Under the pieces are notes generated by a model, which was not told the DNA's origin, ran no database searches, and saw only the letters and a program-made list of their open reading frames with translations. The position numbers and the translations under genes are program-made. Shown here piece by piece: positions 1 to 8,869 of a stretch of 64,000 bases of DNA; position 1 is the stretch's first letter, and each line of letters opens with the position of its first letter. Source of the stretch: a virus (taxonomy: Duplodnaviria; Caudoviricetes); the IMG/VR virus record IMGVR_UViG_3300028048_000038, positions 32,001 through 96,000 of that record. One strand, given 5' to 3'.

Positions 1-1118
1 TCTTGAATGTTCTTTGTATTAGCGTTCTCAATGAGGTTCTTAAGGTCTTGTGCGATGTCTTTTCCCTTGACAACTGCGGTAATACCACTTTCAATCAACT
101 TCATACAGAGTCCTACCAATGGTGCAGAAGTTCTACAGAGCACCATATCGTTCTCTCTAAAGAGCGATTTTGATAGTTCCTTGGTATGATATATCTCGCC
201 CTTAATTGCACCCTTATGAGCCTTTATTTGAGGTACGATTTCTTGTGCCATTGCTACCATATTCGTACCACACCTATAATTGACTGACAAAGGCAGTTCA
301 ATTGTATCATCTTGCATTGCTATTTTGTCAAAGGAATTGCAATCAGCACCAGCAAAGCCATTGATTGCTTGGTTTCTGTCACCAACTGCGATAAATCTAC
401 CATTCTTTGCAGCGCACAACATCAACTCTCTCTGTGCCCTATTAAGGTCTTGGCACTCGTCAATAAAGACGTATTTATAAGTTGGTATTGCTTCCTTGTG
501 GAACAATGGTAATACAATCATATCTGTATAATCAATCACCAAATCCCTTGGCATTTTATAGGCATCAGCAAGCAATATATTACATACTTCAACTTCGTCA
601 AATAATGTTATAAGGTTATGTTCATCACAAAGTTCTCTCAACTTGGATAAATCATTTTCACTATGCCGAATGAGATTAACCCTTGCAAGTGAATACAACT
701 TTGCCACATTGCAGCAGAATCCAAACACCTTGGCTGCGTCTGTATCTGGGGTAATGATTGATGATAACGAATATACATTCTGTTTCACATACTTATGATA
801 CTTCCAATCATCTACCTTAACAAACATCTTGTATTGGGGATGATTATAAAACTTCTTAAGAACGTGAAAGCCGAAAGCGTGTAATGTAGATACTTCTGCA
901 TAACCCTTTAATTTGGTCTTTAATTCCTCTACAATAAGTTTATTAAACGCAAGGAATATAACATTACGTTCTTTCTCTTTTAAACGTCTGCAAGCAGAAA
1001 CAATGGTTGTAGTTTTACCACTGCCAGCAACAGCATTAATGGCAATGTTCTCACTACCATTCTCTACTGCATCGAAAATGTCTAACTGATAATCTGAATA
1101 CTCTAATCTCTTTAGCAT
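1..1118 (-). CDS. UvrD/Rep-like superfamily 1 DNA helicase (3' end runs off the window; absent from ORF track)
   Basis: Manual translation from ATG at 1118 (MLKRLEYSDYQ...): Walker A AVAGSGKT, STLHAF, Walker B FIDECQD, VGDRNQAINGFAGA, LSVNYRC; no stop to base 1; promoter directly upstream. Confidence 0.92.
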   Translation of the reverse strand, partial: MLKRLEYSDYQLDIFDAVENGSENIAINAVAGSGKTTTIVSACRRLKEKERNVIFLAFNKLIVEELKTKLKGYAEVSTLHAFGFHVLKKFYNHPQYKMFVKVDDWKYHKYVKQNVYSLSSIITPDTDAAKVFGFCCNVAKLYSLARVNLIRHSENDLSKLRELCDEHNLITLFDEVEVCNILLADAYKMPRDLVIDYTDMIVLPLFHKEAIPTYKYVFIDECQDLNRAQRELMLCAAKNGRFIAVGDRNQAINGFAGADCNSFDKIAMQDDTIELPLSVNYRCGTNMVAMAQEIVPQIKAHKGAIKGEIYHTKELSKSLFRENDMVLCRTSAPLVGLCMKLIESGITAVVKGKDIAQDLKNLIENANTKNIQ

Positions 1119-1196
1119 AACGTTTGCAAAGATACGAAAAAAACATGAAACCACCAAAGATTTCATGTTAATTTTTATTATATTATTGTACTAAGT

Positions 1197-1421
1197 TTAT
1201 TTATTTATTTCGTACAATATCTCGTCTAATTTTGTGGTGATGTTTCTATCAATTTTGCCGAGTTCGCTAACAACACTTGAAATTGAATCAATTATTTCCT
1301 CATTCACCTCTCGGCACTGAGCCTTGCGCATAACAGCCCTCAAACTCTCTTTAATATCAACGATTTCCTCTCTCGTCAGTTCAAGACCTACGATACCAAC
1401 TCTTGTTAATTCTTTTGCCAT
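1197..1421 (-). CDS. hypothetical protein
   Basis: ORF directly downstream of promoter at 1458. Confidence 0.75.
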   Translation of the reverse strand: MAKELTRVGIVGLELTREEIVDIKESLRAVMRKAQCREVNEEIIDSISSVVSELGKIDRNITTKLDEILYEINK

Positions 1422-1526
1422 AATATTTTTATTAATCTATTTAATTGTTATCTGTGGTGCAAAGATACGAAAAAAACGTGAACTAACCAAATAATTCACG
1501 TTAATTTTATTTAATATTATTTGTTA

Positions 1527-1901
1527 TTACCCACCAATTTCTTCAACTAACGTTTTAAGGTCTGATGTGGTCAGATTATCAACCTCGTATGGTTCAGCAT
1601 ACCATTTAATATTAGCCCATACCACACCCTCACTATCATGGAATATACCAATTACATGAGGTTTCTCCGAGTCGCTAAGACCTTGTGATTCGTCCTCACC
1701 AACAATCACATCACACTTAATTGGATTATCTTCTGTTGCATTATTAGCAGAACAGAGACATGAAATCTTTTGTCGTAATTGTTCATGCTGATAATCATCT
1801 TCTGTGAAATCATACTCACATGAAGTACAGTGATACCCATTTTCTGTTTCCACAATGCAGTGTTCATCACCGCAGAATGGACAAGTCATAATTACTTTCA
1901 T
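1527..1901 (-). CDS. hypothetical protein with N-terminal Zn-ribbon (CPFC...CTSC)
   Basis: Two CxxC pairs; own promoter at 1927. Confidence 0.75.
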   Translation of the reverse strand: MKVIMTCPFCGDEHCIVETENGYHCTSCEYDFTEDDYQHEQLRQKISCLCSANNATEDNPIKCDVIVGEDESQGLSDSEKPHVIGIFHDSEGVVWANIKWYAEPYEVDNLTTSDLKTLVEEIGG

Positions 1902-1990
1902 ATCTTATTCTCTTTTTAATTGTTGGTGCAAAGATACGAAATTATTTCCAATCTACAAAACTTATTAAGATTTTTTAAGAAATAAATCAT

Positions 1991-2018
1991 GGGGAAGAAG
2001 CCGAATTGCTTCCTCCCC
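1991..2018 (-). terminator. intrinsic terminator ending the 2.0-2.3 kb non-coding transcript
   Basis: GGGGAGGAAGC/GCTTCTTCCCC stem followed by a U-rich tract on the minus strand. Confidence 0.75.
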
Positions 2019-2064
2019 TTACAACGACAAGAATCAGTAACAATTAAAAAGATTAGATTAATTG

Positions 2065-2177
2065 TTGAAGGAGCTGAATTTGAATCAGCGAAGCTTCCGA
2101 AGAAGCACACTAAGCACGAACTTAGTGCCCATTTGTCCACATCAGTCTTGCGACTGTTCTCCTCTGGTATCCTTCAA
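2065..2177 (-). ncRNA. tRNA-like structured RNA (acceptor-like stem and T-arm, three extra hairpins, no anticodon arm)
   Basis: TTGAAGGA/TCCTTCAA closing stem stacked on GCTGA-TTCAAAT-TCAGC; hairpins CAGTC-GCAA-GACTG, CACTAAG/CTTAGTG, GCTTC-TTCG-GAAGC. Confidence 0.75.
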
Positions 2178-2189
2178 ATATATCTTTGA

Positions 2190-2302
2190 AAAGTAAGGTG
2201 TTCTCCGCTGAGAAACTTTTTTATGGTGTTCTCGTCTTCTTCCTAATGCCCTCACATCTTGAACTATTCAGAGGGATTTGTTCTCCATTTAAACCTTGCT
2301 TT
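2190..2302 (-). ncRNA. structured RNA module with repeated GAGAACA motifs
   Basis: Closing stem AAAGCAAGGT/ACCTTACTTT; internal CCCTC/GAGGG stem; starts just after promoter 2325-2358; no credible ORF. Confidence 0.55.
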
Positions 2303-2384
2303 ATGTCTATCGTCTCATTGACAATGCAAAGATATATCTGATTTTCTTAAATTCCAAATTTTCTCATAACTTTTTAACAGTTTT

Positions 2385-2714
2385 TTACATTTCGATGTTC
2401 TCAATCATATCAAATATGTGTGTGAATACGATTGCTGCAAGTGTTGGAGCATACATCTTTATTGCTTCCCAATCAAAATAGTATTGTTCCTCATTGTTAT
2501 CAATAAACCAAAGTTCAACACCAAATTGGTTGTTAACACGGAGTGATAACAAATCCCCCTTGAACACACACTTTGGAAACTTTATTGTTAAATTCTCGCT
2601 GAATGGTTTCGGCAAATTTGGAAAATATTCAAATTCTTCTCCATTAAACTCACCTTTTGCAATGATGAACATCGCAATCAATTTCTCAATTCCTATTGTA
2701 ATTTCTTTATCCAT
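2385..2714 (-). CDS. hypothetical protein
   Basis: ORF in operon with 2722..2988. Confidence 0.7.
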   Translation of the reverse strand: MDKEITIGIEKLIAMFIIAKGEFNGEEFEYFPNLPKPFSENLTIKFPKCVFKGDLLSLRVNNQFGVELWFIDNNEEQYYFDWEAIKMYAPTLAAIVFTHIFDMIENIEM

Positions 2715-2721
2715 ATTCTTT

Positions 2722-2988
2722 TTAGATTATAGTAATCCCACAATTACCAATAGTGAGATTGATTGCTTTATTATGCTTAAGTGCAACCTTGCTGATGTCA
2801 CGACCCTTAAGGTCAATCTCAAATACAAAACACCCACGAAGCCATTGCAAAGGTGTCTTGCAGTCAATAGACCTCTCAAAATAGTCATAACGAGCAATTT
2901 CCTCGCCATCGTATAGCAACTCTATTCTGTCGCCACGCTTAAGATTCTTGTCAATCTTCTTAACCTCTTGCTCTAATTTTTTCTTCAT
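2722..2988 (-). CDS. hypothetical protein (paralog of 3575..3793)
   Basis: Shared EVKK...I.(L/I)..D/E...YD pattern; promoter at 3012. Confidence 0.7.
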   Translation of the reverse strand: MKKKLEQEVKKIDKNLKRGDRIELLYDGEEIARYDYFERSIDCKTPLQWLRGCFVFEIDLKGRDISKVALKHNKAINLTIGNCGITII

Positions 2989-3056
2989 ATTAACCCTTTT
3001 TGTTTTAACAATGCAAAGATACGAAATATTTTTGAATTAACCAAGAAAAATCTCCA

Positions 3057-3347
3057 TTATTTTACATAGAGATTTTCAAGTTTGCAATTCATAATATCTC
3101 CGTCACGATGATACACACGTTTTAATTCAGACCTTGACGAAACATTATTGAACGTGAAATACACAAGTTTATCAAGCGTATATTGCAATGTCGTGCTGAA
3201 ATAGTCTGTATAAAGCCATACTTGTGGCTTCTTATGTGACTTCGTTGGATTTGTGGCTAATATCTTGCCACTCTTTCTATTGCGTACCCTACCAAGGTTT
3301 GAAACCTCATAACGAGTGTTCCACCATAAAATTTTCCACTCTTCCAT
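3057..3347 (-). CDS. NUMOD4/HNH-type homing-endonuclease-like protein (degenerate HNH)
   Basis: EEWK...YEVSNLGRVRN (NUMOD4) and HRDGDIMNCKLENL (HNH_3-like). Confidence 0.75.
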   Translation of the reverse strand: MEEWKILWWNTRYEVSNLGRVRNRKSGKILATNPTKSHKKPQVWLYTDYFSTTLQYTLDKLVYFTFNNVSSRSELKRVYHRDGDIMNCKLENLYVK

Positions 3348-3348
3348 A

Positions 3349-3573
3349 TTATAATTTATCTTTAAGTTTGATTAAATCTACACCACTAATCTTCTTATAG
3401 GCACGACCATTGCGAGAGATAAAGAGTGGCTTACCGCTATTCTCCTTTAAACTCCACTCATGTACGCATCTTTCCCACGCTGCCATATCACTGATGGTAA
3501 ACCACTTGGTACTTCCATCGAGTATCTTACCGCTTTTACTGCGACCCTCACCGATTCTAACTACTATACTCAT
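3349..3573 (-). CDS. hypothetical protein (start re-assigned to MSIVV)
   Basis: ATG at 3573 abuts the stop of the upstream gene. Confidence 0.65.
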   Translation of the reverse strand: MSIVVRIGEGRSKSGKILDGSTKWFTISDMAAWERCVHEWSLKENSGKPLFISRNGRAYKKISGVDLIKLKDKL

Positions 3574-3574
3574 A

Positions 3575-3793
3575 TTATCCTTTTCTATAAGTGTAATCGT
3601 AAACCTCATTGTTATCGCCATCATAGGCATAAATAGATTCATCTTCAAACATGATGTCAATGTCTGAACGTTCATCAATTGGATTCTTGCGCATCTTCTT
3701 AACCTCTTTATCAAAGGCTTTCTTTGCGCAGTCAAACTTACGATGCTGACTTATGCAATCGCCACCAACATATAAATCTAATAACTTTGCCAT
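3575..3793 (-). CDS. hypothetical protein (start MAKLL)
   Basis: A-rich leader; paralog of 2722..2988. Confidence 0.7.
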   Translation of the reverse strand: MAKLLDLYVGGDCISQHRKFDCAKKAFDKEVKKMRKNPIDERSDIDIMFEDESIYAYDGDNNEVYDYTYRKG

Positions 3794-3797
3794 ATCT

Positions 3798-4037
3798 CTA
3801 ATCTTTTTTAATTTCGTTATAATAAAACTTCTCAATCCTATAATGTTGCTTAATCATTTTACATAGCAACTCACACTGCACAAGAGTTACATCGTAATTG
3901 TCACGAATGTAGTCAGAAAAATACTCATAAGGTGAACTACTATCTCCAATACGACCATTCCATTTCTCACCAAATGTTTTGATAATATCAGCAAATAACT
4001 TGCTTGTATCGTTTGTTTGTTCCTTAACCCATCCCAT
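3798..4037 (-). CDS. hypothetical protein
   Basis: First gene after promoter at 4073. Confidence 0.7.
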   Translation of the reverse strand: MGWVKEQTNDTSKLFADIIKTFGEKWNGRIGDSSSPYEYFSDYIRDNYDVTLVQCELLCKMIKQHYRIEKFYYNEIKKD

Positions 4038-4148
4038 AATCTTTATTTTCTTTTTAATTGTTATTTTATTGATGCAAAGATACGAAAAAAAATTGGATTA
4101 ACCAAACGATTAACCCAATTTCTTCCAGTTATTTACAATGTTTAACAT

Positions 4149-4427
4149 TTACTCCCCTTTTGAGAGGTCATAAGCACGATTGGTTGATTTCAACTCGTGT
4201 TTCAATTCACGCAATCCCTTTTGATAGTCACGTACCTTTGCACGGCCATCAACAAGAGCCTTTGTCAGATTCGTTAAACGTTCTGAACGTTCCTCCTTAT
4301 TGGGTGTCCAAATGGGGGCAATCTCCAAACGAATAGCCTTATTTGCTTCTTCACGATTGCTTAATGAGGTGCGTAACTCAACTTGTGCTATGCGGATTGA
4401 CCGCATCTTTGCTAACTCCTTTGCCAT
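4149..4427 (-). CDS. hypothetical coiled-coil protein
   Basis: ORF with helical, charged composition. Confidence 0.7.
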   Translation of the reverse strand: MAKELAKMRSIRIAQVELRTSLSNREEANKAIRLEIAPIWTPNKEERSERLTNLTKALVDGRAKVRDYQKGLRELKHELKSTNRAYDLSKGE

Positions 4428-4431
4428 AGTT

Positions 4432-4878
4432 TTATTTTAATGCTTTAATTTTATCATAATATAATGTCTTTGCATATTCTGTCAATTCTGATTCTGCCAT
4501 TTTGAGAAATGATTTATAGTCATTTACTTGTGATTCAAGTGGTAAAACCACTTCAAACTTTACTTCAATGGTAGCACTTACAATAGTGTCGTTTTTCCCA
4601 ATCACACCCACTTGCTGCAAGATGTATTCATCAATCTGCTTCTTAAAGCATGGGGAAACGATAGCACTTGCTTCTACATTCTCATATTCATACACATGTG
4701 TATAAGTCACTCGCTTTTCATCTGCATGATACTCAACCTCCAAGTGGAATGTGTCACCATCGGCATCAACCATATCTTGAAAGATAATCACGTAGGTATC
4801 ATCATCAAGCCAATGTTCATCTTGCACCTCATAGAAGATGGTTGGTATTGACTTTGATGTGAAAACTTTTTTTGCCAT
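4432..4878 (-). CDS. hypothetical protein
   Basis: GAGGAG leader; promoter at 4916. Confidence 0.75.
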   Translation of the reverse strand: MAKKVFTSKSIPTIFYEVQDEHWLDDDTYVIIFQDMVDADGDTFHLEVEYHADEKRVTYTHVYEYENVEASAIVSPCFKKQIDEYILQQVGVIGKNDTIVSATIEVKFEVVLPLESQVNDYKSFLKMAESELTEYAKTLYYDKIKALK

Positions 4879-4962
4879 ATCTATTCTCCTCTTTAATTGT
4901 TATTTCTTTTCTTGATGCAAAGATACGAAATTCCCTTGAATTAGCCAAGGGAATTAACAATT

Positions 4963-5223
4963 TTAACACTCAATGAGTGGTATTTCTTCCACACCAAACT
5001 CATAGTCCTTAAAGTTGGCATACCCATGATGGCATACAGCCTTTGAAATCTCATAGGCAAAGCCACTGAACTGAGCGAGTATTCCACTCTCTACGATGGT
5101 AAATCTCACATTTTCAATCACACTTGGGTCACGCATATCCTTATCAGACGGAATAGCGCAAATACACCCCTTTGTATTATCGTCAGTGTCCACATAATAC
5201 ACTACCTTAATATTCTTACTCAT
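4963..5223 (-). CDS. hypothetical protein
   Basis: Overlaps 5220..5408 by 4 bp (translational coupling). Confidence 0.7.
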   Translation of the reverse strand: MSKNIKVVYYVDTDDNTKGCICAIPSDKDMRDPSVIENVRFTIVESGILAQFSGFAYEISKAVCHHGYANFKDYEFGVEEIPLIEC

Positions 5224-5408
5224 ATTTCTTCTTTGACTTCAAGTTTTGTATAACAGAAACTAATACCACCTTTTGCGAATGGCGGTCTTTTCTTGAACTT
5301 CTTCAATGCCTCGTCAGCATTTTCAGCCTCTATTATCTTCCATCCACCTTTTTCACATACTTCTGGTTGAGTGATTTTCACTTCGTATGTGACACGATAT
5401 TTACTCAT
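5220..5408 (-). CDS. hypothetical protein (xEAENADEA small-protein motif)
   Basis: Resembles 18041..18211 (VDAKDEGEALEK). Confidence 0.65.
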   Translation of the reverse strand: MSKYRVTYEVKITQPEVCEKGGWKIIEAENADEALKKFKKRPPFAKGGISFCYTKLEVKEEI

Positions 5409-5796
5409 ACCAATCGTTTGCTACATCATCAGTTTCAAAAATACACTCTGCAATTAACTGATTGCGCTCGGCATCACCAGTTACGCCATCAAGAATACCG
5501 CCATAAGGGGAAAGATACTCGGCAATCTGTTCCGCATCGTAATCGTTCACATCTGTCTCGCTCTGATACCAATCAGCGATTGTGGTGCGGTCATTCAGAA
5601 CTGAAAGCAAATGCTTGTTGCCCAAGTGAAACGTCTTGACAAATGCCTTCAAATCATCATTCTTTAACTGAATGTACTCAAACTCCGTGTCGCTAACCTT
5701 GCGACAGAACTGACATTCATCTGGGTCTGTGCAAATCCACTCTTCCACATCAAAGTGAATCGTGTTGTCCTTGTTGAATTTGTTGTTAAACCACAT
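5401..5796 (-). CDS. hypothetical acidic protein
   Basis: AAAAGGAGATTAGATT leader. Confidence 0.75.
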   Translation of the reverse strand: MWFNNKFNKDNTIHFDVEEWICTDPDECQFCRKVSDTEFEYIQLKNDDLKAFVKTFHLGNKHLLSVLNDRTTIADWYQSETDVNDYDAEQIAEYLSPYGGILDGVTGDAERNQLIAECIFETDDVANDWYE

Positions 5797-6097
5797 AATC
5801 TAATCTCCTTTTATTTAATCATATTAATACTTTAACCACATAATCTAATCTCCTATTCTATTTCAAAATGACAATCTATTTTCCCAAGTGATGAACATAT
5901 ATCACTATCACCACACATAAAATGCAAACTGCATTTGCTACAAGCGTTATACATAATATCATCCTTTACTAATTTATGTCTTACGCCATTGATTTCTACT
6001 ATAATATAGTCCATATCTCCTTTTGTTTTTTATTGTGGTGCAAATATACGAAAAAAATCTGAGATAGCCAAAAAAATCCCAGATTTTTAACTTTTAT

Positions 6098-6328
6098 TTA
6101 TAATAATACTTTGTCGTTTGCTGAATTGGCAATGTCCCAGAGGTTGCCCATTGTGACACACTTCTCTCCAAGGCATCTGTTATTGCTTGACCACTTATAA
6201 ATGTGAACTTTAATAGTCCATTGGTCTAATCCATTCCTAAGAGTGTTTAAGACATCATCCCAAGTTAGTATGTCATTGATATACTTTGGGTCAGCATTGT
6301 TATTATTTATTATCAAACTATAAGTCAT
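6098..6328 (-). CDS. hypothetical protein
   Basis: ORF coupled to 6330..6587. Confidence 0.65.
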   Translation of the reverse strand: MTYSLIINNNNADPKYINDILTWDDVLNTLRNGLDQWTIKVHIYKWSSNNRCLGEKCVTMGNLWDIANSANDKVLL

Positions 6329-6329
6329 A

Positions 6330-6587
6330 TTAGAAGCCTTTTAAGACGTTTGCCACGAACAACATCAATGTATAGGTCTCGCTCCCATCAAGACATTCCA
6401 AGTCCTCTGGGGTCAAACCCTCCATCAGTTGCTTGCAGCCATTTCTGACTGACATTTTACGATTTTTATTCTCTCTATCACGGAGAACACCATCATCATC
6501 AAGATTAAACCAATTATCCATGTGGGATGCTTTGGCTAACTTCTGCAATACAGAAATCTGATAACTTGTTAATTCTAACTTTGCCAT
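6330..6587 (-). CDS. hypothetical protein
   Basis: Promoter at 6611. Confidence 0.7.
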   Translation of the reverse strand: MAKLELTSYQISVLQKLAKASHMDNWFNLDDDGVLRDRENKNRKMSVRNGCKQLMEGLTPEDLECLDGSETYTLMLFVANVLKGF

Positions 6588-6876
6588 ATTACTTATCTTT
6601 TTAATTGTGGTGCAAAGATACGAAAAAAATCTGAATTAACCAAACAATCCAGATTTTTTTAGCATTTTTTATCATTCCACACCACCTATTGCGAGAGCCT
6701 TGAAATGGTGCATTGCTTCATTCAACGTCATTTTGCGAGGTGCAGTGACTTCTTTGTTCCCATCCCTTGTGAAGATGTTGAACTTGGTGAACTTCGCTAC
6801 CCTTGTTACTTCTTCTTTTAACTTTGCCATAATTTAATCTCCTTTTAATTGTTATGGTGTAAATATACGGAAAAAC

Positions 6877-7098
6877 TCAATCTACTTCAAAATTCTTTTT
6901 ATTAAACTCCTTATAGTCAAAGATACAAGCAAACATTTCGCTTGAATTGGCTGTGCAATAGTAGTCCAAGTCTTCAAGGCTCATGTGTTCCATTTCAGCG
7001 ATTTCTTCCAAACGAATATCAATCAACTCTATTTCAGTTGGATTGTATTCATTTTCCAAATCCTTAATGAGATTATTTCTTACTTCTTTAATATCCAT
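6877..7098 (-). CDS. hypothetical acidic protein
   Basis: Promoter at 7122; leader shared with the gene at 6587. Confidence 0.7.
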   Translation of the reverse strand: MDIKEVRNNLIKDLENEYNPTEIELIDIRLEEIAEMEHMSLEDLDYYCTANSSEMFACIFDYKEFNKKNFEVD

Positions 7099-7243
7099 AT
7101 TACTTATCTTTTTAATTGTGATGCAAAGATACGAAATTATTTTGAACTGGCCAAGAAAAAAGTGTTAATAAACTTAAATTGGGTGATATTTCTTTCAATA
7201 CCACCCAATCAAACAAACATTCACATACTTAACTTCGTTATGG

Positions 7244-7921
7244 CTACCATTCTTCACAGAATCTTACCACCACAGATGTATCTTTAATTCCTTGACTTGC
7301 AAGGTAATCATTAATCACCTTATTTAAGCCATCTTCAAGACTCTTTGGGTCTTTGATACGCTTTTTAAGTGTCTTGGTATAAACCTCGAACTTCTCCTTA
7401 AAAGGATTTGTTTTAGTTACATATTCCTCGAACTTGGCATAGTTACAAGTGGAAAGAATATCACCCTCAGTATGGAAATTAGCGTCATGCAATCTTTCTT
7501 CGAGAAACCATTTCATACGCTTATCAGCCTTTTGGTGCTCTCGCATCAACTTCATCAAACTATCGTAGCCATAGGAATAATCACACTTATTATTAGGTGA
7601 TTTAACATACTTCTGAAATTCCGCATGGGTATAGTAGATGTCGCCATTACCCTTGTTATCACCACTAAGGAACTTATCTATTGCCTCTTTGCAATCTGTA
7701 ATAGTTTTTGCATTAACACAATAGTCTTGTGATGGCAATTTCTCGTCACCCTCTTTGCAGAAATCGAAATGCACCTCTTTGCTATCAATCCAATCTTTAT
7801 CGAATCGGTTATTATCCCAAAGGGAACGATGATATTTGATTTTCGTCACCTTGATAACACGATACCCCTTATAAAGTTCCATTGGGGTACGATTTGTTTC
7901 TTTTCCACTCCTTACACTCAT
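7244..7921 (-). CDS. hypothetical protein
   Basis: 225-aa ORF coupled to 7918..8157; followed by a terminator. Confidence 0.8.
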   Translation of the reverse strand: MSVRSGKETNRTPMELYKGYRVIKVTKIKYHRSLWDNNRFDKDWIDSKEVHFDFCKEGDEKLPSQDYCVNAKTITDCKEAIDKFLSGDNKGNGDIYYTHAEFQKYVKSPNNKCDYSYGYDSLMKLMREHQKADKRMKWFLEERLHDANFHTEGDILSTCNYAKFEEYVTKTNPFKEKFEVYTKTLKKRIKDPKSLEDGLNKVINDYLASQGIKDTSVVVRFCEEW

Positions 7922-8157
7922 TTTGCACTCTCCTTTTTAAGTTCTTCTAAATGGTTATTAATATACTCCTTAACGGCATCGAGAGAACGGCAAACACTAT
8001 CCTTAACTTTCATGTTCCGCTTCGTTGCTCCCCTCGGAATGGTAACGTAGAAATCACCATACCAATTATTTCCTATCATGCTACCATACTGCCATACATC
8101 AATACCCTTGTATCTTCCGCAGTAGTGCTTTTTGTCATTGTTGAAAAATATTCCCAT
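7918..8157 (-). CDS. hypothetical protein
   Basis: Promoter at 8183. Confidence 0.7.
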   Translation of the reverse strand: MGIFFNNDKKHYCGRYKGIDVWQYGSMIGNNWYGDFYVTIPRGATKRNMKVKDSVCRSLDAVKEYINNHLEELKKESAK

Positions 8158-8235
8158 AATCTCTAATCTTTTTTATTTCTGATGCAAAGATACGAAAAAA
8201 AATCGAATCTACCAAATTTTTTAAAAAGAAAATAA

Positions 8236-8655
8236 CTCCAGATGTTTCGAATTAACCTTCGTTAACATCTGGAGCCGAAAAGGAGATTTGATTGATGAAA
8301 ATTGAAGGGTGAAACTACTCTAGTTTTACACCATTGTTTGCCTTATCTATCACCTCTGACGAGGGAATCACCCTATAACAAAGCAAGACATGGGAGGTTT
8401 GATTTCTCTTACGAAGGCAATCCTTATTCCCTCTTTGCTATGGATGCCAATCCCCATATTTCAACACATTCTTGCCTTATATCTTAAAATGTGGGAAAGA
8501 TGATGCAATTTGAAAACTATCGTACAGGACGTATTATCGTCAAATTTTCTTTGCTTAGTGCAGCCGCAGGGACTATTAGCCATCTTCTTGTTGCACCACC
8601 ATCACTGACCTGCGCAGTAATATCAGTGACTTTTTGACCCACGTTTATTATTCTC
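8236..8655 (-). ncRNA. ORF-free structured transcript (two modules, anti-leader tail, terminator)
   Basis: Promoter 8664-8697; terminator 8236-8274; stems GTCACTGA/TCAGTGAT, GGTGCA/TGCACT, GAGGGAAT/ATTCCCTC, AGGGTGA/TCACCCT. Confidence 0.65.
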
Positions 8656-8688
8656 TTAAACGATGCAAAGATACGAAATCTTTTTCAT

Positions 8689-8865
8689 TCAACCAAACTT
8701 TTTAACGTTTTTAACACTTGCTTTATTTTCTTCCCTAACCGCTTCTCTCGCCAATGCGGTGAGTTCTTTCATGGCACACTCAATGAACCAATCCATATCG
8801 TCAATAGGCTCATTCTGTGCCCTCTCGATGCGGTATCTTAATTGTTCCTCAAATTTTTCCCACAT
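8689..8865 (-). CDS. hypothetical protein (start MWEKF)
   Basis: Follows 8870..9259; 3' end overlaps the next promoter. Confidence 0.6.
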   Translation of the reverse strand: MWEKFEEQLRYRIERAQNEPIDDMDWFIECAMKELTALAREAVREENKASVKNVKKFG

Positions 8866-8869
8866 AACT

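Noticed and set aside
8305-8375. Hammerhead ribozyme on the plus strand (GAAAC...GTT and CTGACGA)
   Set aside because: Stems I and II cannot form around the core, and it is opposite to the promoter-defined strand
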